A DNA stretch of 64,000 nt from Gammaproteobacteria bacterium (GCA_965221695.1 OZ244905.1:1536001-1600000), one strand, 5' to 3'; shown: positions 10,908-22,280, counted from the stretch's first letter. A program made the numbers and translations. Notes: a model not told the origin generated them from the letters alone.

Positions 10908-12122
10908 TCAGCTCCGGTATTCAGCGTTAATGCTTACGTAGTCATGGGACAGATCGCAGGTCCAGTAGCAACCGCCGACTCCACCCTTGTCCAAATCTAT
11001 GCGTATCTCGATTTCCTTACCCTGCATGGCGGCAACCCCTTGCTCCTCGGTATAGCTTGCGGCCCTGGCGCCGTTCTCGACGATACACACCCCGTTCAGG
11101 CACAATGAAACCTTACTGATGTCCAGACTGGCGGTCCTGCTGCGGCCGATGGCGGCCAGCAACCTGCCCCAATTGGGATCCGAAGCATACAACGCGGTCT
11201 TCACCAGGGGCGATGTCGCCAGCGCCTCCGCGACCGCTGCGCATTCTTTATCATTGCGCGCATTATCGACACGGATGGTGACAAACTTTGTCGCGCCCTC
11301 GCCATCTCTGACTATCTCCTGTGCCAGGCGCATACATACCGTCGTAATTTGCTCTACCAGCAAACCATATGCGGGATGGTCTTCGTTTGTCACCGGGCCA
11401 ACATGGCCTTTGCCGGTGGCAACCAGGACACAGGCATCGTTGCTGGACGTATCGCCGTCAACACAGATTCTGTTGAACGATTGGTCCACGGCTGTCTTCA
11501 GTATACGGTCCAATACATCCTGATTGACGCTGGCATCAGTAGCGATAAAAGCCAGCATGGTTGCCATATCAGGTTTAATCATGCCAGAGCCTTTTGCAAT
11601 GCCGGTCACGACGCTCAAACCGGGGTCTGTTGCATACGCGCTAACACCTTTCGGGCGTGTATCGGTCGTCATAATGGCCCGAGCGCAATCGGGCCAGGCA
11701 TCGCCGGTTAATGCCTCAAGCAGTTGCGGCAGCGCGCGGCATATTTTATCAACCGGCAAGTATTCCCCGATCACGCCGGTGGAAAACGGGAGTATCGCTT
11801 CCTGCGCGCAACCGGTCCGGGAAGCCAAGGCCGCGCACACCTGCCTGGCGTCGTCAATGCCTCTGGCGCCGACTCCCGCATTGGCGTTACCGGCGTTGAC
11901 CAGCAGGTATCGGGCGGGTGCGCGCCTGAGGTGGTCCCTGGCGACCCTGACCGGCGCTGCCTGAAACCGGTTGCGGGTAAACACTGCGCTGAGCGTGGCG
12001 TCGGCGCAGACTTCGAACAAGGCGAGGTCGTCCCTGGGCTTGTCGTAGATGCCCGCCGATGCGGCAGCCAGCCGCATACCCGGCACTGGCAGTAGCTCCG
12101 GGAGCTGTGTTAATTCTGACAT
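10908..12122 (-). CDS. argJ: Bifunctional ornithine acetyltransferase/N-acetylglutamate synthase
   Basis: NAGNANA, STGVIG, IMTTDT, KGSGMIKPDMATML, DGEGATK, DPNWGR and INAEYRS. Confidence 0.97.
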   Translation of the reverse strand: MSELTQLPELLPVPGMRLAAASAGIYDKPRDDLALFEVCADATLSAVFTRNRFQAAPVRVARDHLRRAPARYLLVNAGNANAGVGARGIDDARQVCAALASRTGCAQEAILPFSTGVIGEYLPVDKICRALPQLLEALTGDAWPDCARAIMTTDTRPKGVSAYATDPGLSVVTGIAKGSGMIKPDMATMLAFIATDASVNQDVLDRILKTAVDQSFNRICVDGDTSSNDACVLVATGKGHVGPVTNEDHPAYGLLVEQITTVCMRLAQEIVRDGEGATKFVTIRVDNARNDKECAAVAEALATSPLVKTALYASDPNWGRLLAAIGRSRTASLDISKVSLCLNGVCIVENGARAASYTEEQGVAAMQGKEIEIRIDLDKGGVGGCYWTCDLSHDYVSINAEYRS

Positions 12123-12123
12123 G

Positions 12124-14817
12124 TCAGTTCAGTTTTCCATGGCAGAATTTGAATTTTTTGCCGGAACCGCAGGGGCAGAGTTCGTTGCGGCCGATTTTTC
12201 TCTGGTTGCGGATAAACGGTTTCTGCTGTGGCGGAGCCTCGGGCTTGGCGCCTATCGCGTTGGGCGCGTCCGGATGGCTGTACTGCACTTTTGCGGGCTG
12301 GGGTCGTTGCTGCAACATCTGGATGTCTTGATCCTCCTTGATCTGTATTTTCGCCAGCAGGGTAACAACATCATACTTGATGTTTTCCAGCATCAAGCCA
12401 AACATCGCGAATGCTTCCTTCTTGTATTCTTGCTTGGGATTCTTTGCCGCATAGCCGCGCAAGCCTATGCCCTGCCTGAGATGATCCATCGCCACCAGGT
12501 GCTCTTTCCAGTGCCGGTCCAGTGTATCCAGCATCAGTCCTTTTTCCACCCTACGCGCCAGTTCCTCCGGTAAATCTGCATGGCGCAGGTCGATATCGGC
12601 GGCGACACTCTCAAGCGTTTTTGCCAGCAGCGCCTGTTCGTCCATGGAAGCATCCTCATCCAGCCATTGCTGTACCGGCAGGCGTGTATTCAATTCATTG
12701 GCCAGGGCTTCTGTCAACGCGCCGATATCCCACATTTCGTCGAGGCTGCCGGGGGGGATATGGTTTGCAAAAATGCCTTTTATCACATCCTCCCGCATCG
12801 ATGTAATATCAGCGGTGACATCGTCTCCACCCAGCAGCCCACTACGCCATTCATAAATGACCTTGCGCTGGTCGTTGGCAACATCATCGTATTCGAGCAG
12901 GTGTTTACGGATTTCGAAGTTATGGGCCTCAACTTTCCTCTGCGCATTTTCAATCGCCTTGGTCACCAGGTTGGATTCGATGGCCTCGCCCTCCTCCATA
13001 CCCAACCGCTGCATGATGGAAGACACACGCTCGGATGCGAAGATACGCATCAGGTCGTCTTCAAGGGAGATATAGAACCGGCTTGAGCCCGGGTCGCCCT
13101 GGCGCCCGGAGCGACCTCGCAACTGGTTGTCGATACGCCGGGACTCGTGGCGTTCGGTGCCAACTATGCGCAAACCTCCCTGTTCGATCACCTTATTATG
13201 GCGTTCCAGCCAGGCCGCACGAGTCTGCTCCAGCAGCGCTTTATCGGCCTCTCCCAATGATTTGATTTCGGCATCCAGGTTTCCGCCAAGCACGATGTCG
13301 GTGCCGCGCCCTGCCATGTTGGTCGCAATGGTCACTGTGCCCGGACGTCCGGCCTGGGCAATGATCTCCGCCTCCTTCTCATGGTACTTGGCATTCAATA
13401 CCTGGTGTTTTATCTTCTGTTTCTTCAACTGGTTCGACAGGTATTCCGATACCTCTATGGACACGGTGCCAACCAGAACAGGCTGGCCGTTCTCCTGGCA
13501 GGATTTGATATCATCGATTATCGCCGTGTATTTCTCCTGGGCGGTCAAGTAAATCATATCCGCCTGGTCGTCCCTGATCATCGGCAGGTGAGTCGGAACT
13601 ACGGTCACTTCCAACCCGTAGATCTGCTGAAATTCATATGCTTCGGTATCCGCGGTGCCGGTCATGCCGGCCAGTTTTTCATAAAGGCGGAAATAATTCT
13701 GGTAGGTGATGGTCGCCAGTGTCTGGTTTTCATTCTGGATGGGCACGTTTTCCTTTGCCTCAATGGCCTGGTGCAAGCCGTCAGACCAGCGCCTGCCCGG
13801 CATAGTCCTGCCGGTAAATTCATCGACAATCACCACTTCATTGTTCTGCACGATATAATCGACATTATTATGGAACAGGGAATGGGCCCGCAGCGCCGCG
13901 TTCAAATGATGCAGGATGGGGATATTCACCGGGTCGTACAAGCTCATGCCTCGCTGCATTACATTGTTTTCCAACAGCATCTTCTCCACCCGGTCATGGC
14001 CTGTTTCCGTCAGGTAAGCCTGTTTGCTCTTCTCCTCCAGCACATAATCGCCATCTTCTTCTTCCTGCTTCTGCAGCCTTAACCGGGGGACAATCCTGTT
14101 CATGCTGAGGTACAGATCGGACCTGTCATCCACCATGCCGGAGATAATAAGCGGCGTGCGCGCCTCATCTATGAGTATCGAATCCACCTCATCAACTATT
14201 GCATACTTCAGGTTGCGTTGAACCTGATCGTCGTTGCGGAACTTCATGTTGTCGCGCAGGTAGTCGAAGCCAAATTCGTTATTGGTTCCATAAGTGATAT
14301 CTGCGGCATAAGCTTGTTTCCGCTGCTCGTTATTCAACCCGGACACGATCACGCCAGTGGTCATTCCCAAGAAAGAATAAATTGCCCCCATCCATTCGGC
14401 GTCGCGCTTGGCAAGGTAATCGTTGACAGTAATGATGTGCACGCCTGTGCCCGTGAGTGCGTTTAAGTAAGCCGGCAATGTCGCCACCAGCGTCTTGCCT
14501 TCGCCGGTGCGCATTTCCGCGATGTTGCCTTGGTGCAATACGATGCCGCCCAGTATTTGCACGTCGAAATGGCGCATATCCAAAGTTCTCCTGCCGGCTT
14601 CGCGCGCCAGGGCAAAGGCCTCCGGCAGGACCGCCTCCAAGGTTTCGCCACGTTCGATTCGGGATTTTAATTCCTCAGTCCTGCGCGGAAACTCTGCGTC
14701 CGCAAGCGCGGCAATATCCGCTTCAAGCATGTTGACCCGCTCAACGGTCTTTTGCATGCGCTTGAGGACGCGCGCGTTCCTGCTGCCGAACAGCTTCGTG
14801 AAAACGGTTTTTATCAC
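12124..14817 (-). CDS. secA: Preprotein translocase ATPase SecA
   Basis: MRTGEGKT, DEVDSILIDEARTPLIISG, QLRGRSGRQGD and C-terminal CPCGSGKKFKFCHG. Confidence 0.99.
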   Translation of the reverse strand: MIKTVFTKLFGSRNARVLKRMQKTVERVNMLEADIAALADAEFPRRTEELKSRIERGETLEAVLPEAFALAREAGRRTLDMRHFDVQILGGIVLHQGNIAEMRTGEGKTLVATLPAYLNALTGTGVHIITVNDYLAKRDAEWMGAIYSFLGMTTGVIVSGLNNEQRKQAYAADITYGTNNEFGFDYLRDNMKFRNDDQVQRNLKYAIVDEVDSILIDEARTPLIISGMVDDRSDLYLSMNRIVPRLRLQKQEEEDGDYVLEEKSKQAYLTETGHDRVEKMLLENNVMQRGMSLYDPVNIPILHHLNAALRAHSLFHNNVDYIVQNNEVVIVDEFTGRTMPGRRWSDGLHQAIEAKENVPIQNENQTLATITYQNYFRLYEKLAGMTGTADTEAYEFQQIYGLEVTVVPTHLPMIRDDQADMIYLTAQEKYTAIIDDIKSCQENGQPVLVGTVSIEVSEYLSNQLKKQKIKHQVLNAKYHEKEAEIIAQAGRPGTVTIATNMAGRGTDIVLGGNLDAEIKSLGEADKALLEQTRAAWLERHNKVIEQGGLRIVGTERHESRRIDNQLRGRSGRQGDPGSSRFYISLEDDLMRIFASERVSSIMQRLGMEEGEAIESNLVTKAIENAQRKVEAHNFEIRKHLLEYDDVANDQRKVIYEWRSGLLGGDDVTADITSMREDVIKGIFANHIPPGSLDEMWDIGALTEALANELNTRLPVQQWLDEDASMDEQALLAKTLESVAADIDLRHADLPEELARRVEKGLMLDTLDRHWKEHLVAMDHLRQGIGLRGYAAKNPKQEYKKEAFAMFGLMLENIKYDVVTLLAKIQIKEDQDIQMLQQRPQPAKVQYSHPDAPNAIGAKPEAPPQQKPFIRNQRKIGRNELCPCGSGKKFKFCHGKLN

Positions 14818-14928
14818 GTGGAAAGTCCCATCAATATGTCACTACTTCGCATCGCTTGAGCACGAAAAGGCTCGCACTGATTAAAACAGAACGACAGGAA
14901 AAAATAAAGATTCAGCGGACAGAAAGCT

Positions 14929-15810
14929 TTAGTTTAAAGAAATATAATTGCGGGGATTGATGTGCCGGCCGTTTTTGACGACCTCGAAATGTACATGCGG
15001 GCCGGTGCTGCGGCCGGTGCTGCCCATAAGCGCAATCACCTGCCCTTTTTCAACCCTATCCCCTACATTCACCAGGTTTTCACTGTTATGGGCGTATCGG
15101 GTTACGTAACCATTGCCGTGACTGATTTCAACCAGGTTTCCATAGCCCTTGTTCGGACCGGACCAGGTGACTATGCCCGAGGCAATGGAAGTAACCCCCG
15201 TGCCGGCCTTGCTGGCCAGGTCCAGGCCCAGGTGAAATTCTTTTTTACCGGTTATCGGATCAGTACGGTAGCCGAACAGTGACGAGATCCAGCCACCTTT
15301 TGCGGGATTGCCCAGTGGCTGGGCCGAGGCGCGCAGGCTTCTTCCCATCAACATAGCCTCCATGGCCGTCAGTTTGGTCTGACGGTCCTCCAGCGCCTGC
15401 TCTAAGCGGTTGAGTGAGATGAGAAAATCGTATTCGGACGATTCTCCTGAACCGTTCCCGGCCAGGTTGGTATGGGGACCACCGAGCCCGGGCTGGCTAT
15501 CGATATCGAATTCAATATCATCCACTTGCGCCATCTGTGCGAGCCTGGAACCCAGGGCATCCAGCCGCATCACATGGCTTTGCAACAGGCTTACCCTGCC
15601 AACCATAGCGTTCAGCGCCGTTTCGGTATCCGCTCTCACTTCCTCCAGAGACTGCAATTCACCCTCAACAGCGCGTTTGTTGAGATAAACTCCAACCAGA
15701 TTGGAAAGGTAGATCGAAACCGCGGCGAATGCCGCCAGCGCGACAACACACAGCTTTACCGGCAGCTTCAGGGCTTTCTTTTTACTGTTCAGAAAGATTA
15801 TCATCTTCAC
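14929..15810 (-). CDS. M23 family peptidoglycan endopeptidase
   Basis: HLGLD, YAH and GRSTGPHVHFEV motifs, coiled-coil N-terminus; typical position upstream of secA. Confidence 0.92.
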   Translation of the reverse strand: MKMIIFLNSKKKALKLPVKLCVVALAAFAAVSIYLSNLVGVYLNKRAVEGELQSLEEVRADTETALNAMVGRVSLLQSHVMRLDALGSRLAQMAQVDDIEFDIDSQPGLGGPHTNLAGNGSGESSEYDFLISLNRLEQALEDRQTKLTAMEAMLMGRSLRASAQPLGNPAKGGWISSLFGYRTDPITGKKEFHLGLDLASKAGTGVTSIASGIVTWSGPNKGYGNLVEISHGNGYVTRYAHNSENLVNVGDRVEKGQVIALMGSTGRSTGPHVHFEVVKNGRHINPRNYISLN

Positions 15811-15839
15811 ATGTTACAGCCCGAGAGCAAATTCAGACA

Positions 15840-16307
15840 ATGATATCCCGAAGATCTCTGCAGATGTATCTGTTAGCTGACATCATAACAAACTCTGATC
15901 AATTGTCACAAACCTTAAATCATATAGAAATGCTAGGGAGATTACAAACGAAACTACGTGATTACCTTGGGCCACCCCTGAATGGGCACGTAATTATCGC
16001 CAATTACCGGCAGGAAACTCTAGCGATTCATACAGACAGCGCTGCCTGGACGACCAGGTTGCGCTACCGCACACGGGATATTCAGAGACTTTTCCAGGAC
16101 GATCTGCCGGGAATAAAGACAATCAGTATTAAAAATCCGCCCATAGAGACGCGCTCGCAGACCACGCGCCAGGCCGCCAAAGCCTCTCCCCGGACGGTGG
16201 AAGCCATTCACAAGGTTGCTGTCGGGATGACAGACCCGCCTTTACGTTCCGCGCTACTGAGGATAGCGGACAAACTGTCAGGCGCTGGCGAGAGGTCGGA
16301 TATATGA
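15840..16307 (+). CDS. DUF721/DciA family protein (helicase-loading factor)
   Basis: [12 protein letters not shown] motif and C-terminal LRSALLRIA; conserved location opposite lpxC; start uncertain. Confidence 0.7.
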   Translation: MISRRSLQMYLLADIITNSDQLSQTLNHIEMLGRLQTKLRDYLGPPLNGHVIIANYRQETLAIHTDSAAWTTRLRYRTRDIQRLFQDDLPGIKTISIKNPPIETRSQTTRQAAKASPRTVEAIHKVAVGMTDPPLRSALLRIADKLSGAGERSDI

Positions 16308-17189
16308 AACCGACTCTGCCACCTCTTCGTTGAAGTTTACGATCTCCCAAGCGTCCCGTGTATAGACCAGTTTGTTCAGCAGGCGGTTATTCAGTTCATG
16401 ACCGGATTTGTAACCCTGGTAAGAACCAATCAGGTTATGGCCGAGCAGGTACAGGTCGCCTATTGCGTCGAGGATCTTGTGCCTGACACACTCATCCTGA
16501 TAACGCAGGCCTTCCTTATTCACCACTTGTTCGCTATCGACGACCACTGCATTATCCAGGCTGCCTCCCAGGATAAGATTCTTCTTTCGCAAAAAGTCAA
16601 AATCCTTCATAAAGCCGAAGGTCCTGGCCCGGCAGACTTCTTTGATAAATGATGTGGTGGAAAAATCAACTTCCGCGCGGCAACGCCCGTTGCGAAACGC
16701 AGGATGATCGAACTGTATGGTAAACCCCACCTTGAACCCATCATAAGGTTCGAGCATTGCCCATTTGTCTCCATCCTCAACGGATAATTTCCGCTTTATT
16801 TTTAGAAAACGCTTTTCTTCATCCTGTTCACACACACCCGCAGATTGGATCATAAACACAAAAGGCCCGGCGCTGCCGTCCATGATCGGCACCTCTTCGG
16901 TGCTCACATCAATATAGGCATTGTCGATACTGAAGCCGGCGAACGCTGACAACAAATGCTCTACCGTGGACACTCTTGCCCCGTTGCTGACCAGTGTTGT
17001 AGACAACAGGGTGCTGCCTACATTGGCTGTCTGCGCAGGAATCTCCGTAGGGGGATCCTGGTCGACACGGCGGAAGATTATCCCCGTGTTTCCCGCTGCC
17101 GGGCGTATGGTAAGATCAGCTTTCTTGCCGGTATGCAGTCCTATGCCCTGCGCTCGGATTGCGTTTTTCAGTGTGCGTTGTTTTATCAC
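16278..17189 (-). CDS. lpxC: UDP-3-O-acyl-GlcNAc deacetylase
   Basis: [26 protein letters not shown] and [11 protein letters not shown]. Confidence 0.98.
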   Translation of the reverse strand: MIKQRTLKNAIRAQGIGLHTGKKADLTIRPAAGNTGIIFRRVDQDPPTEIPAQTANVGSTLLSTTLVSNGARVSTVEHLLSAFAGFSIDNAYIDVSTEEVPIMDGSAGPFVFMIQSAGVCEQDEEKRFLKIKRKLSVEDGDKWAMLEPYDGFKVGFTIQFDHPAFRNGRCRAEVDFSTTSFIKEVCRARTFGFMKDFDFLRKKNLILGGSLDNAVVVDSEQVVNKEGLRYQDECVRHKILDAIGDLYLLGHNLIGSYQGYKSGHELNNRLLNKLVYTRDAWEIVNFNEEVAESVSYIRPLASA

Positions 17190-17196
17190 GTGTCAA

Positions 17197-18354
17197 TCAA
17201 TCAGCCTGCCGCCTCAGAAATGCGGGAATCTCCAGGTAATCAGAGTCGTCTCCGACAGATAGGACATCATCATTGGCGACCTTGTTACGAAATACAGTAG
17301 GACGTTCAAGTGTACCATAATCCGGGTTTTGAACGCCAGGTTCATTGCTTGAAACCAGCGTCGGACGCGAAATCTGTTCAGCCGGATGGCTGAGTCCGGT
17401 CGCTACAATCGTTACCCATATTTCTCCGCTGAGTTCCGGGTTGAGCACCGTCCCGATCACCACTGTCGCCTCATCGGCGGCCACGGTCTTGATGATATTG
17501 CCCACCTCATTGAATTCGCCTATGCCAAAGTCCATGCCGGCGGTGATATTGGCGAGTATGCCTTTTGCGCCCGACAGATCAATATGTTCCAACAACGGGC
17601 TACTGATAGCTGCCTCTGTCGCAACCCTGGCGCGGTCTTCGCCCTGGGCTTTTCCGGAACCCATCATAGCCATACCCATTTCGCCCATCACGGTCTTGAC
17701 ATCAGCAAAGTCGACGTTGATCAACCCCTGGCAGGTAATAACTTGCGCAATTCCCTGGACCGCGCCCAGAAGGACGTCATCGGCAGCCTCGAACGCATTC
17801 AGCAGGGAAACATCAGAGCCAAGCACATCCACCAGCCTGTCATTAGGCACTGTGATTAGGGAATCGACGTATTGGCCAAGCTCGCGAATCCCGCTGTTGG
17901 CAACCTCAACCCGTTTCTTCCCTTCAAACGAGAACGGTTTGGTCACCACCGCAACGGTCAGGATACCCATTTCCTTTGCCACCTGGGCAACAACGGGCGC
18001 CGCGCCGGTGCCTGTGCCGCCGCCCATTCCGGCGGTAATGAACACCATGTCAGCGCCTTCCAGGATATCCATTATCCGATCCCTGTCTTCCAGCGCCGAC
18101 TGGCGTCCAATTTCCGGGTTGGCGCCGGCGCCCAGACCATTGGTAATATTGTTGCCCAGTTGTATGATGTTGCGCGCGCTGGATGCTTTCAACGCCTGGG
18201 CATCGGTATTGGCGCAGATGAACTCAACTCCTTCAATCTCGGCCGCCATCATATGGTTGACCGCGTTGCCGCCGCCGCCACCGACTCCAATCACTTTTAT
18301 CACTGCCGCCTGGTTTGCGGCATCGACGAGCTCAAACATGTTATCTTCCTCCAA
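17197..18354 (-). CDS. ftsZ: Cell division protein FtsZ
   Basis: GVGGGGGNAV, GMGGGTGTG, INVDFADV and C-terminal EIPAFLRRQAD. Confidence 0.99.
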   Translation of the reverse strand: MEEDNMFELVDAANQAAVIKVIGVGGGGGNAVNHMMAAEIEGVEFICANTDAQALKASSARNIIQLGNNITNGLGAGANPEIGRQSALEDRDRIMDILEGADMVFITAGMGGGTGTGAAPVVAQVAKEMGILTVAVVTKPFSFEGKKRVEVANSGIRELGQYVDSLITVPNDRLVDVLGSDVSLLNAFEAADDVLLGAVQGIAQVITCQGLINVDFADVKTVMGEMGMAMMGSGKAQGEDRARVATEAAISSPLLEHIDLSGAKGILANITAGMDFGIGEFNEVGNIIKTVAADEATVVIGTVLNPELSGEIWVTIVATGLSHPAEQISRPTLVSSNEPGVQNPDYGTLERPTVFRNKVANDDVLSVGDDSDYLEIPAFLRRQAD

Positions 18355-18400
18355 ATTATTGAATAATGCGTTAAAGAACCTGGGTTGAATCTGAGAGTCT

Positions 18401-19621
18401 TTATACGTTGCCTTGAAACCAACTCTTCATTCGATTCCAGATTCCGGTTGTTCCATTCTTGATATACCCTTCGCGCATCCCGCTCTGGTGCTGGCGTCGG
18501 CTATACAGTAATAGTCCCACTCCGGTTGCATAAATCGGATTTTTTACCAATTCGATCAAACCGCCGACATACTGCGGAGACCCCACTCTTACAGGTAGAT
18601 GGAAAACTTCTTCAGCCAGTTCAACCACGCCGCGCATGTTTGAGCTGCCGCCGGTCAAGACAATACCTGCCACGATTTGCCTCTCATAACCACTGCGTCT
18701 TAATTCGGCCTGCACCAGTGAAAACAATTCGACATAACGAGGCTCAACCACTTCTGCCAGTGTTTGAGTGGACATCCGGCGCAACGGCCGGTTGCCGACA
18801 CTGGGAATATCCAAAGTCTCGTCGGAATTGGCAAGCTGTGCCAGCGCACAAGCATGTTGCACCTTGATCTCCTCGGCATTCTTTGTGGGCGTGCGCAGCG
18901 CAACGGCAATGTCATTGGTAACATGGTCGCCCGCAATCGGAATGACCGAAGTATGGGTGATTGCGCCATTGGTAAAGACGGCCAAGTCGGTGGTGCCGCC
19001 GCCAATATCCACAAGACAAACACCCAGATCTTTTTCGTCCTCAGTCAATACCGAATAGCTGGACGCCAGTTGTTCCAGGACAATATCGTCAGCCTCCAGG
19101 CCGCAACGGCGCACGCACTTGATGATGTTCTGGGCCGCGCTGACGGCGCCGGTGACGATATGCACCTTCGCTTCCAACCTCACCCCGGACATGCCGATGG
19201 GTTCCTTAATGCCTTCCTGGTTGTCGATGATGAAATCCCTGGGAATGATGTGCAATATCTTCTGGTCTGCCGGGATAGCCACTGCGCGGGCCGCGTCAAG
19301 CACTCTTTCTATATCGCCCGCAGTGACTTCATTGTCGCGGATCGCGACAATTCCATGCGAATTCAGGCTGCGAATGTGGTTCCCGGCAATCCCCGTAAAC
19401 ACCGCATGGATGTTACACCCGGCCATCAATTCCGCTTCCTGTATGGCGCTTCGAATGGTCTGTACTGTAGACTCTATGTTGACCACCACACCTTTTTTCA
19501 GTCCGCGCGAGCGCGCGGACCCCAGACCGATGATTTCGATGTCGTTTTCCTCGTTTATCTCGGCAACTATTGCAACCACCTTTGACGTGCCGATATCCAG
19601 CCCAACAATTAAATTAGACAT
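18401..19621 (-). CDS. ftsA: Cell division protein FtsA
   Basis: GLDIGTSKV, VDIGGGTTD, GIVLTGG and C-terminal amphipathic helix. Confidence 0.98.
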   Translation of the reverse strand: MSNLIVGLDIGTSKVVAIVAEINEENDIEIIGLGSARSRGLKKGVVVNIESTVQTIRSAIQEAELMAGCNIHAVFTGIAGNHIRSLNSHGIVAIRDNEVTAGDIERVLDAARAVAIPADQKILHIIPRDFIIDNQEGIKEPIGMSGVRLEAKVHIVTGAVSAAQNIIKCVRRCGLEADDIVLEQLASSYSVLTEDEKDLGVCLVDIGGGTTDLAVFTNGAITHTSVIPIAGDHVTNDIAVALRTPTKNAEEIKVQHACALAQLANSDETLDIPSVGNRPLRRMSTQTLAEVVEPRYVELFSLVQAELRRSGYERQIVAGIVLTGGSSNMRGVVELAEEVFHLPVRVGSPQYVGGLIELVKNPIYATGVGLLLYSRRQHQSGMREGYIKNGTTGIWNRMKSWFQGNV

Positions 19622-19627
19622 AAGCGC

Positions 19628-20404
19628 TCACCCTGAAACACTGGTTGCGGACCCGCTGGCCCATTTGATCGCAAACCCGTTCGTATATCTCATATCAATC
19701 GATTGTGCCTGCAACAGCTTGTCGGCATGGTATGGGATTGCATAATGAAAAAATCTTTCAAACCTGTCTTCCACATCCTTCCTTCCCAGCAATACCAGCG
19801 GACCCTCCGCAAGTCTGAACTGCCAGGCCCGCCTTTCTGTCAGCGCCAGCGTGTCGACTTCAATGTCTCGCTGCGCAAGTTCCGTTTTCAGGAACTCGAA
19901 TTTTTCCAGTACTGCTTGCTCGCTGCCCTTAGGTCCGTTCAGAAACGGCAATCCGGGCGGAAAGGAGTCCTGCGGCGGTGAAAATATCACCGCGTTGTTG
20001 CTTATCAGGCTGTTGCTGCCCCATAGGGCTACGGGTTCATGTTCTGTGACATAGATAAACAGGCTATCCGGCCAGACCCGCCTGACCACGACGTTGCTGG
20101 CCCACTCATCTTGCAACAATTCCTGTTTGATGCCGTCAATGCTTACGGTGATGAATCCGCCATGGATGGCGTTCGCCGCTTTTCTTTCCAGTTCCGTCGG
20201 AGACAAATGGGCGAAAAGACCGGAAATCTGCACCTTTTTTATCGGCAGGATTTCTGGCCAAGGTATTTTCTGCCAGCAATACACGGCCAGCAAGACACCC
20301 GCTGCCAGAACCAGGAGCCTGATCAGGCGCCACTGCCATTGTGCCAGAGCCATGGCGTCGGCTGAGCTCAAATCATGGTCTGTATCGAGATATAGCTGTT
20401 TCAT
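19628..20404 (-). CDS. ftsQ: Cell division protein FtsQ
   Basis: Single TM, VRRVWPD POTRA segment and IDMRYTNGFA; between ddl and ftsA. Confidence 0.92.
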   Translation of the reverse strand: MKQLYLDTDHDLSSADAMALAQWQWRLIRLLVLAAGVLLAVYCWQKIPWPEILPIKKVQISGLFAHLSPTELERKAANAIHGGFITVSIDGIKQELLQDEWASNVVVRRVWPDSLFIYVTEHEPVALWGSNSLISNNAVIFSPPQDSFPPGLPFLNGPKGSEQAVLEKFEFLKTELAQRDIEVDTLALTERRAWQFRLAEGPLVLLGRKDVEDRFERFFHYAIPYHADKLLQAQSIDMRYTNGFAIKWASGSATSVSG

Positions 20405-20406
20405 TA

Positions 20407-21357
20407 TCAGCTACCTCCAGTCATTTCCGGCGTCGGCATGCTCGTATCGAGAACCCGCAACACCAGGTCGTCAAAATCGATTCCCGCCTGACGCGCCGCC
20501 ATCGGAACCAGGCTGTGACCGGTCATGCCGGGAACCGAGTTAATATCGATCAAGCTGGGCCTGCGGCGCTCATCCAGCAGTATATCGACCCGGCCCCAGC
20601 CGCTGGCGCCGATGGCAGCGAATGCTTGCAACGCCAGGTCGGCCATTTCCGCTTCAAGTTCCTGTGAGAGGCCAGAGGGACAGAGATAGCGCGTGTTATC
20701 ATCTTCATATTTGGCCTGGTAGTCATAAAATTCCCGCTCTGTTTCTATTTTAATTACCGGCAAGGCCTGCCCGTTGAGTATGCCCACGGTGTAATCTCCA
20801 CCCGGTAGCCAGCGTTCGCAAAGCGCTTCATCGTCGTAGCTGAGCGCATTCATCCATACCCGCCGTAAGTCCTCCCGGGCAAACGCCTTGGCGATGCCCA
20901 GGCTGGAACCTTCGTGCACCGGTTTCACCATCAGCGGAAATCCCAGTTCCCGGGCTGCCGCGTCAAGATCCTGTTCGTTACGGATAAGTTTGAAATCCGG
21001 GGTCGGCAAGCCCAGTCTTTCCCAGATCCACTTGCACCGCAGTTTGTCCATGGACAGGGCCGAACCCAGCACCCCGCTGCCGGTATAGGGCAGATTCAGA
21101 GTCTCGAGCGCGCCTTGTATGACGCCATCCTCGCCGCCTCGCCCATGCAATGCGTTAAACACGCGATCAAACTCGCCATTAATGAGGTCGGTTGTCACTG
21201 TGGCTCCCACATCGATTTCCCATGCATCCACTCCCTGCCGGCGCAGGGCGGCAAGGATTGAGGCTCCCGTCTGCAACGAGATTTCCCGCTCGGACGATCG
21301 GCCTCCCATCAAAACGGCGACCTTGCCGTAGCGCCTGTGTTGTGTCTGCTTGTTCAA
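20407..21357 (-). CDS. ddl: D-alanine--D-alanine ligase
   Basis: GGRSSEREIS, LHGRGGEDG, FYDYQAKY and PGMTGHSLVP. Confidence 0.97.
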   Translation of the reverse strand: MNKQTQHRRYGKVAVLMGGRSSEREISLQTGASILAALRRQGVDAWEIDVGATVTTDLINGEFDRVFNALHGRGGEDGVIQGALETLNLPYTGSGVLGSALSMDKLRCKWIWERLGLPTPDFKLIRNEQDLDAAARELGFPLMVKPVHEGSSLGIAKAFAREDLRRVWMNALSYDDEALCERWLPGGDYTVGILNGQALPVIKIETEREFYDYQAKYEDDNTRYLCPSGLSQELEAEMADLALQAFAAIGASGWGRVDILLDERRRPSLIDINSVPGMTGHSLVPMAARQAGIDFDDLVLRVLDTSMPTPEMTGGS

Positions 21358-22280
21358 TATCCCACGCTCCTGGATGCGCCTATTATTTTCACTTCTCGCT
21401 CCAATTCGATACCCGTCAGTTGCGCCACGGTTGTTTGCACATGCGCGATCAAGTCTTCAATGTCGGCCGCGCTCGCCTGGCCCGTATTGACGATGAAATT
21501 TGCATGTTTTTCCGACACGCTGGCGCCCCCTATGGCGCAATTCTTGAGGCCGCATTGCTCAATCAACCTGCCGGCGAAGTCGCCGGTCGGATTCTTGAAG
21601 ACGGAACCGCAACTGAACTGGCCGGTGGGCTGGCTTGCGGCCCTCTGCGCCAGCAAATCCCTGATCCGGGCCTCAGCCATCATTTCAGTATCCGGGCTGA
21701 GTTGGAATATCGCGCCCAGAAACCACTCATCCGACGCCAGACCAACGCGGCGATACCCGGTATCGAAATCGCAACCTGTTCTTTGCATGCGCGCGCCCGC
21801 TCGGTTCACTAACTCAACTCGTTCAACAATATTCCAGGTCTCCGAACCGAAGGCGCCAGCGTTCATGGCCAGCGCTCCGCCCACCGATCCCGGGATCCCC
21901 GCCATAAATTCCGCGCCGGACAGGTTACTCCGGGCGCTGAACCGAGCCACTTTTGCGCAAGCAACGCCGCAACCGGCCCGGAGCGTATTGCCGGGAAGCA
22001 ATTCCAACCTGTCTTTCATTCCCCTGGTCGAAATAACAACGCCCCTGATGCCGCCATCCCGCACCAGCACATTACTGCCCAGTCCTATCCAGGTAACCGG
22101 CTCGGTATCCGGCAACGCGGCAAGAAAACCGGCCAGATCCTGTTCATCGACTGGCGCGAAAAACAGGTCCGCGGGTCCGCCAACTTTCCAGGAAGTGTGC
22201 CGGGACATGTTCTCTCCTGCCGTTAATCTGCCCCGTATGGCCTGCTCGTCAAGATATCCGGTAACGGTTTTCATAAGCAT
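21354..22280 (-). CDS. murB: UDP-N-acetylmuramate dehydrogenase
   Basis: HTSWKVGGPA, GLGSNVL, GIPGSVGG...MNAGA, GSVFKNP and KHANF. Confidence 0.96.
   Translation of the reverse strand: MLMKTVTGYLDEQAIRGRLTAGENMSRHTSWKVGGPADLFFAPVDEQDLAGFLAALPDTEPVTWIGLGSNVLVRDGGIRGVVISTRGMKDRLELLPGNTLRAGCGVACAKVARFSARSNLSGAEFMAGIPGSVGGALAMNAGAFGSETWNIVERVELVNRAGARMQRTGCDFDTGYRRVGLASDEWFLGAIFQLSPDTEMMAEARIRDLLAQRAASQPTGQFSCGSVFKNPTGDFAGRLIEQCGLKNCAIGGASVSEKHANFIVNTGQASAADIEDLIAHVQTTVAQLTGIELEREVKIIGASRSVGY

Noticed and set aside
17345-18388. 347-aa ORF antisense to ftsZ
   Set aside because: Shadow ORF of a conserved GC-rich gene; no recognisable motifs
21354-22280. murB inside the dcw cluster
   Set aside because: Differs from E. 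coli but is a common arrangement in other proteobacteria
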